IMG/VR virus record: IMGVR_UViG_2974499565_000001
Span: 38,703-102,702 of that record
DNA length: 64,000 bases
Reading direction: 5' to 3' (one strand)
From: a virus
Taxonomy: Duplodnaviria; Heunggongvirae; Uroviricota; Caudoviricetes; Demerecviridae
The notes beneath the pieces are model-generated. The model made no database searches. It was not told the DNA's origin and saw nothing but the letters and a program-made list of their open reading frames with translations. The translations under genes were made by a program, and so were the position numbers. Positions 51,654 to 61,532 of the stretch are shown here, one piece after another (position 1 is the stretch's first letter; each line of letters begins with the position of its first letter).

Positions 51654-52070
51654 ATGTTTGCAGAACTATTCACAATGACACTACTAGGTATATGGAAAAT
51701 AAGTCTAGTAGTTTTCATCTTAATGATAATTCTTACTGTAGTCGCATTAGTCACTCAAAATGACCTACTAAAAAGAGTCATTCAAGGGCTAGAGTATATA
51801 ATTATGGGCACATTCGGTGTTTGCAAATGTAAATGCCAGAGGAATACGAAATATTGTTGGTTATGGATGGAACTAGAAAGCTGTCTATCTGTCGCCTTGG
51901 CTGTCTCATTCGGTATGATTCTTATGGCCCTTACTCTAGCACTGATACCATTAATGCTAGCTGGGGGAGTCACGGCCTATTTCACTCTTTTCTCCCCTAT
52001 ACTTATGTATTCAATCTACCCGATCACTATGTTTTTAGTGAGAAAGAGATTCCCGCATATTGCACATTAA
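51654..52070 (+). CDS. Polytopic small membrane protein
   Basis: 138-aa ORF with several TM helices. Confidence 0.45.
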   Translation: MFAELFTMTLLGIWKISLVVFILMIILTVVALVTQNDLLKRVIQGLEYIIMGTFGVCKCKCQRNTKYCWLWMELESCLSVALAVSFGMILMALTLALIPLMLAGGVTAYFTLFSPILMYSIYPITMFLVRKRFPHIAH

Positions 52071-52083
52071 GATAAAAAAGTAA

Positions 52084-52120
52084 TTGACTTCCTGCTTAAA
52101 TTTTTATATAATATATGTAT
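52084..52120 (+). promoter_or_regulatory. Phage early-type promoter
   Basis: TTGACT (52084..52089), 17-bp spacer, TATAAT (52107..52112), then ATAAATTGAATCAGAGGAG. Confidence 0.6.
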
Positions 52121-52143
52121 AAATTGAATCAGAGGAGTTCACT

Positions 52144-52554
52144 ATGTCAGATCGTTTCTATACTCAAATGGCTAACCATTATAATATGGCTCCGTATGAA
52201 TTGAACATCGCATTACGTGACCTCGATTCACCAGAGCGTCAAAAACTTGAGAAAAAGGCGGGGATTCGTATGTCTAGCAAGGGCAAAAAACTTACTCGTA
52301 TTGACTTAAATACTATGCTAATGGAAGAGCTTGGCAGAAACATTGAAGGTCAAAAACTGCCCCTCAATGTACTAGAATTGATGCTGGATAAAGTCAAAAA
52401 GAAAACATATAAGAAAGTACAAGTACCAGAAGGCAGGCTAAAAGCCCCTTATCAGGCTGCTGTATCCGAGTGCTTAGGAACTACGTTAGATCTAAGCACC
52501 GCGACTGTTAAAGTAATGAAGGCATTTTTGGAGGCCATTAATAAACATGAGTAA
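52144..52554 (+). CDS. Hypothetical protein
   Basis: 136-aa ORF. Confidence 0.45.
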   Translation: MSDRFYTQMANHYNMAPYELNIALRDLDSPERQKLEKKAGIRMSSKGKKLTRIDLNTMLMEELGRNIEGQKLPLNVLELMLDKVKKKTYKKVQVPEGRLKAPYQAAVSECLGTTLDLSTATVKVMKAFLEAINKHE

Positions 52555-52837
52555 ATTAGTATATCTGTTAAAGGGATCTACCTGCAATCCGTGCAAAATG
52601 TTCGAACCTGTCTTTGATAAGGTAGTAGATGAATATAGTTTGGAAGTCCATAAGGAAACGGATAATACTGAGCTGATGCAGAAGTTTGGTGTACGCCAAG
52701 TTCCTGTTGTGGTTCTAGCAGATCGTCTCCCGAACGGTCGTATTGAAGCTAATCATATTATGATTGGTCGTCAGCTTCGTAAAGAAACTATGCATGAGGC
52801 TATCAAAACCTTCCTGGAAGATAATCCAGAAGATTAA
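52547..52837 (+). CDS. Thioredoxin/glutaredoxin-like protein
   Basis: CxxC redox motif 'STCNPC' near the N-terminus. ~96 aa. Confidence 0.5.
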   Translation: MSKLVYLLKGSTCNPCKMFEPVFDKVVDEYSLEVHKETDNTELMQKFGVRQVPVVVLADRLPNGRIEANHIMIGRQLRKETMHEAIKTFLEDNPED

Positions 52838-52844
52838 TAATTCA

Positions 52845-52875
52845 ACCCAGATCTTAGCTGATCTGGGTTTTTTAT
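52845..52875 (+). terminator. Rho-independent terminator
   Basis: ACCCAGAT-CTTAGCTG-ATCTGGGT followed by TTTTTTATT. Confidence 0.65.
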
Positions 52876-52915
52876 TACTTGCTTTCCGCTAAAATTTTTG
52901 ATATAATATATGTAT
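52876..52915 (+). promoter_or_regulatory. Phage early-type promoter
   Basis: TTGCTT (52879..52884), 18-bp spacer, TATAAT (52903..52908), then ATAAATTGATGAGAGGAG. Confidence 0.55.
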
Positions 52916-52938
52916 AAATTGATGAGAGGAGTATCACA

Positions 52939-53319
52939 TTGAATTACGCATATCTTATAATACATAACAACGTGGTCTGTGGTACTCGCGCTGTCGAAAT
53001 GGGTATCACAGAAGAAAAGTACAATTCTTTGTCTGAATCGGAGCAGGAATATTATGTTGAACAAGCTGCTTGGGAGTACGCTGAAGCTTATCCCGAAGAA
53101 CGTGAAGGCCGCGTTACTATTGTTGTGTCTTTGGGTTTGGTTGGCTGTGATACCGAAGTTGATACAGATTTAGAAACGCTTGAAGAGTGGGAAGAACTAG
53201 ATATTGGTGAACAAAACGCTATTATCAAAGCATCTTTCTGGGAAGCAGTAGACTGCCATGTAGTCTTTGAGCCTAACGATAACGAAGCTGAAAAGCACAC
53301 TAATTGGATGACTCGATAA
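52939..53319 (+). CDS. Acidic hypothetical protein (TTG start)
   Basis: 126-aa ORF. Confidence 0.4.
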   Translation: MNYAYLIIHNNVVCGTRAVEMGITEEKYNSLSESEQEYYVEQAAWEYAEAYPEEREGRVTIVVSLGLVGCDTEVDTDLETLEEWEELDIGEQNAIIKASFWEAVDCHVVFEPNDNEAEKHTNWMTR

Positions 53320-54182
53320 TGAAAAAAGAATTTAATGTACACGAAACACTGGTGGTTCCTGATACTGCTAACTTATTCTTCGTAGGCGATATTCATGGTT
53401 GCCATGATATGCTGGAAGATGCTCTCAAACTAGCCGGGTATAAAGATCGTCGTGACTATGTTGTTTGTGTTGGTGATCTAATCGACCGTGGCAAGCAGAA
53501 CTTACAGGTTCTGGCGAAGTTCCTTTACAACCCACGTTTCCGCAGCGTTCGTGGCAATCATGACCAATTCATGATTGGTGGTGACTACGCCAACTGGATG
53601 TATAATGGGGGCAGCTGGGCAATGAATGACATGGATACTGATACGATTAAAGGTATCGCAGTAGACATGGCGGAAAAACTTCCAGTATTCATGACTGTTT
53701 TACACCGTGGTAAGAAGTATGGGGTAGTTCATGGTGGTGTGCCCTTCCAATATAAAGATAATGGAAATGACGTATACACACCAAATTGGGATACTATCAT
53801 TCAAACTATCGAGGCGAGTAAACTCGATAAGCACGATCATCCACTATACTACATTGAGCCTTATCTGTGGGATCGAGACGTAATTCAGGAAATTGGATTC
53901 AATCTAGCACGTCAAGGTGCTACTGATGAATATTTCCAGCGTTACTCTAGCTTTAAGGCAGAACTAGTAATGGAAGTACCTCCAGTTGATGGTGTGGATT
54001 TTGTGTTCCATGGCCACACAGGTGTTCCTTACCCAATTCTGTACCAGAACCGTGTTTACCTCGATACTGGCGGCGTTTTCAATGGTAAGTTGACGGTTGC
54101 GCAGGTTAGTGATGATGCTAACAAAATTATAACCTTCACTACAGATCGTGACGATAGCTGTGGTGTGCAGAGGATTCTCTAA
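53319..54182 (+). CDS. Ser/Thr protein phosphatase (calcineurin-like metallophosphoesterase)
   Basis: 'GDIHGC', 'GDLIDRG', 'RGNHD'. Start at ATG 53319, where TAATG overlaps the upstream stop. Confidence 0.7.
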   Translation: MKKEFNVHETLVVPDTANLFFVGDIHGCHDMLEDALKLAGYKDRRDYVVCVGDLIDRGKQNLQVLAKFLYNPRFRSVRGNHDQFMIGGDYANWMYNGGSWAMNDMDTDTIKGIAVDMAEKLPVFMTVLHRGKKYGVVHGGVPFQYKDNGNDVYTPNWDTIIQTIEASKLDKHDHPLYYIEPYLWDRDVIQEIGFNLARQGATDEYFQRYSSFKAELVMEVPPVDGVDFVFHGHTGVPYPILYQNRVYLDTGGVFNGKLTVAQVSDDANKIITFTTDRDDSCGVQRIL

Positions 54183-54550
54183 TGGAACGTGAAGAACGTT
54201 ATGTGGTAATAAAGCTGAGCGACATTGAAAAAGCCCTAGAATTAGGGCATATCAATAAAAGTAATATTATCACTTTAGAACATATTCTAACTAAAATCTG
54301 GTACAGTCGTAATCAACGAGGTAAGGAAGATCTTAAAACTGTCGTGATAGAGCATGATTGGCCAGAATATGAAGAAGTCTGGAGAATGCTCAAAAGCCGT
54401 ATTGAGTTCGAACAAGCACGACAAGAAGAACTTGACAAAGGCTACCAAGAAGCAAAAGAGCATCATGAGATTCATGATGAAATATTCAAACTTCGTGGTA
54501 TCAGTAGCTATTGTCAAGGCTGGAATAAATATGCGGAGGAAGTTCTGTAA
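54182..54550 (+). CDS. Hypothetical protein
   Basis: 122-aa ORF. Confidence 0.4.
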   Translation: MEREERYVVIKLSDIEKALELGHINKSNIITLEHILTKIWYSRNQRGKEDLKTVVIEHDWPEYEEVWRMLKSRIEFEQARQEELDKGYQEAKEHHEIHDEIFKLRGISSYCQGWNKYAEEVL

Positions 54551-55068
54551 TGAAAGTTTATTTTTGGAGCGACCTACACTTAGGGCATGTTAATATCCCT
54601 AAGTTTCGAACTATGTTCTCTAGTATGGAAGAGCACGACGAATTTATCATGGATACTATTACGTCTATGAAGGATAAACGTACTGTATTTTTCATTTTAG
54701 GGGACGCATTTGTATCTAGAAAGGGTCTGGAGAAGTTTGAAAAACTATTTAGCAATGTTAGGGCTACTTTAGTTCTGGGAAACCACGATTTGGAACGAGA
54801 AGGCTTATCTTTTACAGACTTAGTAGGTGTAGTAGATAATGTGCAGTCTTTAGTTAAATATAAGAACTTCTGGCTTTCTCATGCCCCCGTGCACCCAGGA
54901 GAGTTAAGGGGTAAAAAGAATTTACATGGGCATACTCACTTTGAATTAATGGGAGATCCACGTTACATTAACGTTTGTGTTGAGTATGCAAAGTCGCCTG
55001 TACGATTAGAAGATATTATGAGTGGTAAGTATACTTCTCATGATAAAACTAGCTGGATGTTGGAATGA
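54550..55068 (+). CDS. Second metallophosphoesterase (calcineurin-like)
   Basis: 'SDLHLGH', 'GDAF', 'GNHD', 'GHTH'. Confidence 0.6.
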   Translation: MKVYFWSDLHLGHVNIPKFRTMFSSMEEHDEFIMDTITSMKDKRTVFFILGDAFVSRKGLEKFEKLFSNVRATLVLGNHDLEREGLSFTDLVGVVDNVQSLVKYKNFWLSHAPVHPGELRGKKNLHGHTHFELMGDPRYINVCVEYAKSPVRLEDIMSGKYTSHDKTSWMLE

Positions 55069-55532
55069 TATGGATACAAATTACAGAATATCCTAACTAT
55101 GCTGTATCAGAAGATGGTGAAGTTAAGAATATATCACGAGGTAGACTTTTAACTCCCCATATAGATAAAGATGGATATGTTATTTATACACTATATAACA
55201 AGGGTAAACCTAAAAAGTTAAAAGCCCATAGATTAGTCGCGCAATACCATCTAGATTTACCAGATAACTGGGAAAACCTACCTGTTAATCACAAGGATGG
55301 GGATAAGCAGAATAACCATAAATCTAATGTAGAATGGTCTACTATACTGGAAAATAATAGACATGCTAGAATTAATGGGTTAACTACAGATGCGCTTACA
55401 GTAGAACAAGTATGGGAAATTAGAAGTCTGCTTATACAAGGCAGATCTAATACCGAAATTGCCAAAATCTATAAAGTAGATCAATCTACTATCAGTAATA
55501 TAAAGACAGGAAGAACGTGGAATTATGTTTGA
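55065..55532 (+). CDS. HNH endonuclease with C-terminal HTH
   Basis: 'VNHKDGDKQNNHKSNVEW' plus an HTH 'RSNTEIAKIYKVDQSTISNIKTG'. Confidence 0.55.
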   Translation: MIWIQITEYPNYAVSEDGEVKNISRGRLLTPHIDKDGYVIYTLYNKGKPKKLKAHRLVAQYHLDLPDNWENLPVNHKDGDKQNNHKSNVEWSTILENNRHARINGLTTDALTVEQVWEIRSLLIQGRSNTEIAKIYKVDQSTISNIKTGRTWNYV

Positions 55533-55629
55533 TTTTGATGGCATGGCTCGTGAGCTATTTATAGCAGTAGGGATAGTAGTCCTTATTTCTTTCTTTACTG
55601 ACTTAGGATTAGGCCTTTTATTTTAAAAC

Positions 55630-55670
55630 TTCACTTGCTAAAACGCTTAGTTTTCTGTATAATTACTTTA
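55630..55670 (+). promoter_or_regulatory. Phage early-type promoter
   Basis: TTGCTA (55635..55640), 17-bp spacer, TATAAT (55658..55663), then ATAAATTGATGAGAAGG. Confidence 0.6.
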
Positions 55671-55693
55671 TAAATTGATGAGAAGGAATCAAA

Positions 55694-56125
55694 ATGCAAA
55701 AGATTGATAAAGCTCTAGTTTTCGCAGCAGCAGACAAATTTGAACAGGTTAAAGCTACTTTTGCAACCGTGTTCCAGTCTTATGTTCAAGATAAGTCGAA
55801 CCCAATCTCCGAACGTTTAATGATTTGGGAGTGTCATGCTTGTAATGCGCTATTGATAGCGGACTATCGTAGTGATGTTTTTCAGGAGTTGAAAGATTTA
55901 TTTATTGACGATAATACTCCACGCTATCAGTTAGTGAACTTCCAAGATCTAGCTGAGCAAGTTATTCCTGATGATCTTTGGGACAAGTATTACGGTGATC
56001 CTGAAGAAGATGGTATGGAACCTGAGAAGTGCATCGAACTGATCTGTAAGGATCATCCTGAAATTGCTGAGAAATTTGAGTTAGTATTTGCTTCTGAGTT
56101 CTCAGGTTTCGTTAACGATTGGTAA
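55694..56125 (+). CDS. Hypothetical acidic protein
   Basis: 143-aa ORF. Confidence 0.45.
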   Translation: MQKIDKALVFAAADKFEQVKATFATVFQSYVQDKSNPISERLMIWECHACNALLIADYRSDVFQELKDLFIDDNTPRYQLVNFQDLAEQVIPDDLWDKYYGDPEEDGMEPEKCIELICKDHPEIAEKFELVFASEFSGFVNDW

Positions 56126-56656
56126 ATGATAACACAAGAACTACTAAAAGAACTATTTGAATATAATCCCGATACAGGAGACTTTATAAGGAAAGTCAGT
56201 AAGGGTAGAGCTAAAGCTGGAGCTATCGCTGGCAGTCCCGATAAAGATGGTTATATATTTATCGGGATAAACAGAAAAAGATATGCAGCCCATAGATTAG
56301 CTTTCCTGTATATGGAGGGTTATATCCCAGATTTAGTTCATCACTTAAATAATATAAGAAAAGATAACAGATGGTGTAATCTAAAGGATGCCACATCTCA
56401 GGAAAATAATCGTAATAAAGTCGCACAATCTAATTCTGGATATCTAGGGGTTAGCTGGAAGAAAGATCGCCAGCAATGGAGAGTCCAAGCCAGAAATTCT
56501 GAAAGTACTCCAGTACATGGTGGCTACTTTAGATACCAAGATCTAAATTTAGCTGTTGAAGCAGCTAATATACTAAGGGAAGAGCTTCACGGAGAGCTAG
56601 CAGTTAAGGAAGTCTTTCGCGGGTTGCTTCCAGCATTAGAAGAATTAAATAAATAA
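56126..56656 (+). CDS. HNH homing endonuclease (HNH/AP2-type)
   Basis: 'VHHLNNIRKDNRWCNLKDAT'. Confidence 0.6.
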   Translation: MITQELLKELFEYNPDTGDFIRKVSKGRAKAGAIAGSPDKDGYIFIGINRKRYAAHRLAFLYMEGYIPDLVHHLNNIRKDNRWCNLKDATSQENNRNKVAQSNSGYLGVSWKKDRQQWRVQARNSESTPVHGGYFRYQDLNLAVEAANILREELHGELAVKEVFRGLLPALEELNK

Positions 56657-56695
56657 TTTACTTGCTAAATGTCCAGAAATCTTATATAATATATT
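56657..56695 (+). promoter_or_regulatory. Phage early-type promoter
   Basis: TTGCTA (56662..56667), 17-bp spacer, TATAAT (56685..56690), then ATAAATTAATGAGAGAGG. Confidence 0.6.
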
Positions 56696-56704
56696 TATAA
56701 ATTA

Positions 56705-56974
56705 ATGAGAGAGGAAGTTCAAATGGAAAACATGACTAAAACTGAAATGGCAAACGTATTGGCTATCCTGTTGGACATGCAAGGGTTTGAAGGTCAGCTC
56801 ATGAAGATGTCCATTCCGGCAATGAAGAAGATGTATGACTCTCTAAACAAGAATGCTATGGCATTCAACCTCGCTAAACAAGAAGCACGTTTTGCGAAAG
56901 AGCATCAGGCAACTGCTGAACGTCGTGCAGCTTCCTTTGAGCGTGAAGTTAAACAACTGAAAGGTAAGAAATAA
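56705..56974 (+). CDS. Hypothetical protein
   Basis: 89-aa ORF. Confidence 0.4.
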   Translation: MREEVQMENMTKTEMANVLAILLDMQGFEGQLMKMSIPAMKKMYDSLNKNAMAFNLAKQEARFAKEHQATAERRAASFEREVKQLKGKK

Positions 56975-57333
56975 TGACTAATGGAAAATTCTTACTTGTA
57001 CTAGGGCTGAATGCCCTAGTTTCACTAGCTATCACATTAGGTGTTACTGACTTCATGCGTAATCGGCGTGATAAAGTTGATGAAGGAGCACCTTTATCCT
57101 TCTCAGTGGTTGAATATGCTAATCCAGAAGCAGATGCTGTACGATACCAAGCTAACCTAGATGAAGGTCTTTCGAAGTATTCTGGTGTAGAAGTTATTGA
57201 TGCGTATAAACTGAATGATATCGCTGAAGCAAAACTTCAGATTGAAGAGGGCAGACGCTTCTGTAGAGCAAGCGATGCATCCTTAGTAAAAATTAAGTTC
57301 TACAGAATGACGAGCCCCTACATTAAAGTGTAG
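56974..57333 (+). CDS. Membrane-anchored protein
   Basis: N-terminal TM 'FLLVLGLNALVSLAITLGV'. Confidence 0.4.
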   Translation: MTNGKFLLVLGLNALVSLAITLGVTDFMRNRRDKVDEGAPLSFSVVEYANPEADAVRYQANLDEGLSKYSGVEVIDAYKLNDIAEAKLQIEEGRRFCRASDASLVKIKFYRMTSPYIKV

Positions 57334-57351
57334 TAATGGAGTAACAGATAA

Positions 57352-57633
57352 ATGATAACGGAAATTCTAATTGGATTGCTAGTAATTACAACAATAGCAG
57401 CAATCGGTGGCATAATTGGCATTATTAATGCTAGTAAAAATATGGAAGCCATGCGCTTAACTAACGAAGGCCTACATAAACGTCTGGTCGAACAAGAAGA
57501 AGCTATTGAAATGGCTCAGCGAAGATCAGATATTCTTAAAGATAAACTGACAACAGTCGAATCCATAGCTGGAAACGTTAAACTGCCTGTTAAGATAATG
57601 CGTGCACAGATTATTACGGAGATTAAGAAATGA
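57352..57633 (+). CDS. Membrane-anchored protein
   Basis: N-terminal TM 'ILIGLLVITTIAAIGGIIGII'. Confidence 0.4.
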   Translation: MITEILIGLLVITTIAAIGGIIGIINASKNMEAMRLTNEGLHKRLVEQEEAIEMAQRRSDILKDKLTTVESIAGNVKLPVKIMRAQIITEIKK

Positions 57634-57875
57634 TTATGTTCCTCCTAGCGATGTATCTTGTTGTTACTACGGTTCTGGTTCAAAAGTATCACACCTGGAC
57701 TATTAAGAACGTTGCAAAAGTAGCACTGTTTATTATTCCAGTTCCGGTTCTTATCGTTGCGCTAGCCTTGACGATGATCGCAGGTAAAATCACTAAGACC
57801 AATGTAAAACGCATTATCGATGAAATCCAACAATCTTCTGACCTAATCGAGGATATCTTGAAAGATGAAGCTTAA
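57630..57875 (+). CDS. Small membrane protein (2 TM)
   Basis: 81-aa ORF. Confidence 0.4.
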   Translation: MIMFLLAMYLVVTTVLVQKYHTWTIKNVAKVALFIIPVPVLIVALALTMIAGKITKTNVKRIIDEIQQSSDLIEDILKDEA

Positions 57876-58194
57876 TCATTTAGAAGCAACTTTACTGCAC
57901 GAGTTCTTGGGTTTTGTTACTGAAGGTTTCATTCAAACAGATGCCCAAACTACCGAAGTTCTCACTCGTATTCGTGGAAAGCTGGAAGGTACATTAGAAG
58001 ATTTCTGGCGACCATTGTCTGAACTGCCTCCACTTCATCTGAAAGTGATTGTTAAAGATATTGAGACTGGCGAAGAGCGTGAAATGATCCGTAAAGAGTA
58101 TGCGGATAGTTATTCCCCGGCTTCTATGGTTATGCACTACGATGATGAAGCAGAAACTCTTTGGACAGCCCATTACAAATGGCGCCTCCCGTGA
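57865..58194 (+). CDS. Hypothetical protein
   Basis: 109-aa ORF. Confidence 0.4.
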   Translation: MKLNHLEATLLHEFLGFVTEGFIQTDAQTTEVLTRIRGKLEGTLEDFWRPLSELPPLHLKVIVKDIETGEEREMIRKEYADSYSPASMVMHYDDEAETLWTAHYKWRLP

Positions 58195-58294
58195 TTGAGC
58201 TATCAACTGTTACGGCAATCCTAGTCTTCGGTTTAGTGGTTGCCGTTTTCATTATCGTGGAGCAAGCCAAAGTAATAAGGAGACTTAAAAACAG

Positions 58295-58495
58295 ATGATT
58301 AATTTCTATAACCCTCAGTTGCAAAAGGCAATATGGGATTACTTTATAATCCTGCCAGCTTTCATGTTAAGCTGTGCAATCATTAATATTATGTATCAAG
58401 AAGCTGGCTGGACAGTTCAAGATTTCCATGTTTCGCAAGTTTTACCTTTTATGTATGAAGGCTTTATCGCAGCAATAAATGGAGTTCGCAAATGA
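58295..58495 (+). CDS. Small membrane protein
   Basis: 66-aa ORF. Confidence 0.35.
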   Translation: MINFYNPQLQKAIWDYFIILPAFMLSCAIINIMYQEAGWTVQDFHVSQVLPFMYEGFIAAINGVRK

Positions 58496-58959
58496 CAGCA
58501 CTACAAAGATTACAAAACTACTGGTTTGATGGCCAGTTCAATGATCTGTTCATCCAGTTATTTGTCGAAACGAATGGACGCTTCAATTATCGCTTCTTCA
58601 ATACATTCCATGAGTCGAAGTACTCCCATACAGAAATTAACGCGGCGATTCAAGATCTTACAGGTTCTAAGGTAATTCCTTATCGTGACGTAGATTTTGC
58701 ACCTGATTGTTTTGGTTTTGAACTTTTCAAGAAAGCATATAAATTCGGTAAGTTCGAAGATGCACGTCATTGGGTACATGACTTCTGGTATAACACTGAC
58801 ATCGTTCCTAGCCGTGTTCTGATCCTTAATTGGATTGCAAAACAACATCCACCTAAGCAACAAAGCTCATTCCTCCCAACTGATACAAGGAATCTATACC
58901 ATGACTCAAAAGAAAAATCCAGTTCTAGAGCAGATGAAGCAGTTGGAGAAGCGGATTGA
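58492..58959 (+). CDS. Hypothetical protein
   Basis: 155-aa ORF. Confidence 0.45.
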   Translation: MTALQRLQNYWFDGQFNDLFIQLFVETNGRFNYRFFNTFHESKYSHTEINAAIQDLTGSKVIPYRDVDFAPDCFGFELFKKAYKFGKFEDARHWVHDFWYNTDIVPSRVLILNWIAKQHPPKQQSSFLPTDTRNLYHDSKEKSSSRADEAVGEAD

Positions 58960-59284
58960 GGAGAGTACTATAGAAGGTAGAGATATAGTTACCCACGCTT
59001 TCGATCTTACTACAAATTGTGCTGATCCTATTGTAGCTGCTGAAGCTGCTGATGTTATTGGCCTTTTAATGGCAGTTGGACAACTAATTGAGATTACTCA
59101 GGAAGAGATTGATAATGGTGAAGAAGTCACTGTTCAAGATGTTCTTGGTGCTATAGATCTGGTTGTCAATGCCTATGCCTATAAACGTCGTCATGCAATT
59201 AATGAATATTCAGTATCTCGTGAAGTTACAGAATCATTAATTGAAACTGCTGACTTAGCTTTGCAAGGCAAGAAACTCCACTAA
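58901..59284 (+). CDS. Hypothetical protein
   Basis: Start chosen at the internal MTQKKNPV. The ORF-track start at 58835 is upstream, and the 5' end overlaps the previous gene. Confidence 0.35.
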   Translation: MTQKKNPVLEQMKQLEKRIEESTIEGRDIVTHAFDLTTNCADPIVAAEAADVIGLLMAVGQLIEITQEEIDNGEEVTVQDVLGAIDLVVNAYAYKRRHAINEYSVSREVTESLIETADLALQGKKLH

Positions 59285-59290
59285 TCCTAG

Positions 59291-59320
59291 AGGCCAGGAC
59301 TTAATTGTTCTGGCCTTTCG
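59291..59320 (+). terminator. Rho-independent terminator
   Basis: GGCCAG-GACTTAATTGTT-CTGGCC followed by TTTCG. Confidence 0.6.
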
Positions 59321-59328
59321 TGTATACT

Positions 59329-59775
59329 ATGCGTGATAGAATAAATGAGTTACTATACGAAGAAGCTTTAGCTTTCCCGTATAATAAGTTTACAAAATCT
59401 GATGGGTCTATTAATAGAACTAAGATCAGACAGTTACACCCCGATTTTCAACAAGAAGCATTAAACCTCATATTTATTAGAAGAGCTATCGAAGCTCATG
59501 GCAAATTCTTTGGGTATGAGAGAGTTAAATATAAAACTATGCAACAGCAAGTTGAGATCTATTGTCCAGATCATGACAGATACTTCTTACAAACTGCTAG
59601 ATCTCACTTAGAAGGCCATGGTTGCCGTTTATGTGCACACAAGGTTGTATCACGTCAAACAGAATATGGTGTGTACACTGTACCAGCATCTTTCCACAAA
59701 TTTGTAGTTGACAGTGGGCACATAATTTGGTATAATAAAGATCAAAAGTTAAAACAGAAACTAAAGGAGCTATAA
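59329..59775 (+). CDS. Hypothetical protein (possible Zn-binding)
   Basis: Start at MRDRINE, downstream of the terminator. 'CPDHDRYF...HGCRLCAH'. Confidence 0.4.
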   Translation: MRDRINELLYEEALAFPYNKFTKSDGSINRTKIRQLHPDFQQEALNLIFIRRAIEAHGKFFGYERVKYKTMQQQVEIYCPDHDRYFLQTARSHLEGHGCRLCAHKVVSRQTEYGVYTVPASFHKFVVDSGHIIWYNKDQKLKQKLKEL

Positions 59776-60008
59776 TGGAATACGTATTAATTATCTTAGC
59801 AATTGCATTAGTCTTTGCCATTAACACCGCCGTGCACAAGACCCGTGAAGCTAACCAGATTATCGACGATAACGTAAAGTTACGCAGTGAAGTCTCTAAT
59901 CTTAAACAACAGCGTGAAGCTCTAAAGTTATTTGTGGCTCAAGGTAGCCAAGAGCATAAAGCGGAAGACTTCATCGTTTACCTGAAAAAATATCTAGGGA
60001 TTAAATAA
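59775..60008 (+). CDS. Small membrane protein
   Basis: 77-aa ORF. Confidence 0.35.
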   Translation: MEYVLIILAIALVFAINTAVHKTREANQIIDDNVKLRSEVSNLKQQREALKLFVAQGSQEHKAEDFIVYLKKYLGIK

Positions 60009-60193
60009 TGGAAGTATTATTTCTCGTTATATTAGTAGCGTCTCTCGTAGCAATTCTAGGATTAGTAGTTTGTTGTAGTCATCTTAATACCAAGAATCTA
60101 GAATTAATTAGTGAGAACCAGATTCTCAATCGTGAACTTAAACAATATAATGTAGCAGCGCGCAAGCTATTAGACAAACTGGAGAATAAATAA
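60008..60193 (+). CDS. Small membrane protein
   Basis: 61-aa ORF. Confidence 0.35.
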   Translation: MEVLFLVILVASLVAILGLVVCCSHLNTKNLELISENQILNRELKQYNVAARKLLDKLENK

Positions 60194-60801
60194 TGACCCT
60201 ATTCGCACAACAACCTATTAAAATCGTAGCAGATCATGAATTAGACTCATGGGATTATACCCTTAAAGATCTAACCGCTACGATTCAGTTTAAATCCATA
60301 AAGATGTACTTTTTGCACACTGATCTTCAAGGTTGTAAGGATTTCGAAAGCAAACTCATTGATGCTCGTAAGATCTTTGGCACGGCACGCATCCCAGCGG
60401 ACAACCTCATTAATGCTCTAATCGATGCTGGATACAAACTCGTGAAGACTGAGGTGAATCGTCCTAGTACTACTAGCATGCAGATACCATCTCTAGGTTC
60501 GGGGTATATTACAGCAATGACAAATTCTGATAAAAGGTTAATGTCGGATATGCACAATGTTAAATGTGGTGGTAATATTGAAGCTTCCACGCCTTATAAG
60601 ATTGGGGAAGATTGCAGTATTACAATGAGCTTTGCTAAAGATCGCGTAGCACCTTCGGACTCCGGAGTTTCTAGTAATGGTAATCGTTCCTCTTACACTG
60701 TGTACCTCAGCAATCCGAGCAAAGAAGGAGAACTAGAAAGGGTATTAACAGAAGCATTCGCAGCTATCGACCAGGATAGATATCGTAGTAAGGGACTTTG
60801 A
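60193..60801 (+). CDS. Hypothetical protein
   Basis: 202-aa ORF. Confidence 0.45.
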   Translation: MTLFAQQPIKIVADHELDSWDYTLKDLTATIQFKSIKMYFLHTDLQGCKDFESKLIDARKIFGTARIPADNLINALIDAGYKLVKTEVNRPSTTSMQIPSLGSGYITAMTNSDKRLMSDMHNVKCGGNIEASTPYKIGEDCSITMSFAKDRVAPSDSGVSSNGNRSSYTVYLSNPSKEGELERVLTEAFAAIDQDRYRSKGL

Positions 60802-61532
60802 TGAAAGAATTAGCAGTAAAGTTTAAAAACATTCTAGCCCTCGCTAAGGGAGCTGATCATCGCCACTTTTCCGAACTAACTAGAGAAGAACAACATGCAG
60901 TAATGTTTGTTTGTGAGATGTATCCGGCGAAGTGGGAAGGCGGGAAGATTAAGTATAATAATAAAGCCACTCATGCTGACTTAGCATATTCTTACGTTGA
61001 TATGAATAAAATCTTGAAGTCTTTAGATCCAACTGCTAAAGGTCACATGGGAAATTACATTCATGTTCTAATTGACGAAGATCTCCCAAGATTTCAGGAA
61101 GCATCCGTTAGAGAAGCTCTAGAAGCATATCCAGAACATTTACTAATTCCGCCTAAGAAATGTGCATTTGATCATTTACCTCCGCTAGAATATGAAGCTG
61201 GGATAGTTTTTGAAGATGTTTACAGAACTATTGGAGCTATAATAGCACGGATTGCAGTGGCGTTATATAGAGATATCGAACTAACTCCAGCAGAAGATTA
61301 CATTCTCTATGCAATTCATGATGAAAAAGAATCATTCAGACGTTTAATGTCTGCTCTAGGATTAGATAGTCTCACTGCGCTTGTGCTTAACCATGCTCCG
61401 ACTACTAAACGATATGCTAAAGGTACTATTACCTATGAAGCAACAGGATCTTCATCTTCATTCCTAGCTACGTATATTTACCTAGCATCAAAAGGAATTT
61501 ATCTAAAGGCTAAAAAGAATGTCACTATATAA
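60798..61532 (+). CDS. Hypothetical protein
   Basis: 244-aa ORF. Confidence 0.45.
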   Translation: MMKELAVKFKNILALAKGADHRHFSELTREEQHAVMFVCEMYPAKWEGGKIKYNNKATHADLAYSYVDMNKILKSLDPTAKGHMGNYIHVLIDEDLPRFQEASVREALEAYPEHLLIPPKKCAFDHLPPLEYEAGIVFEDVYRTIGAIIARIAVALYRDIELTPAEDYILYAIHDEKESFRRLMSALGLDSLTALVLNHAPTTKRYAKGTITYEATGSSSSFLATYIYLASKGIYLKAKKNVTI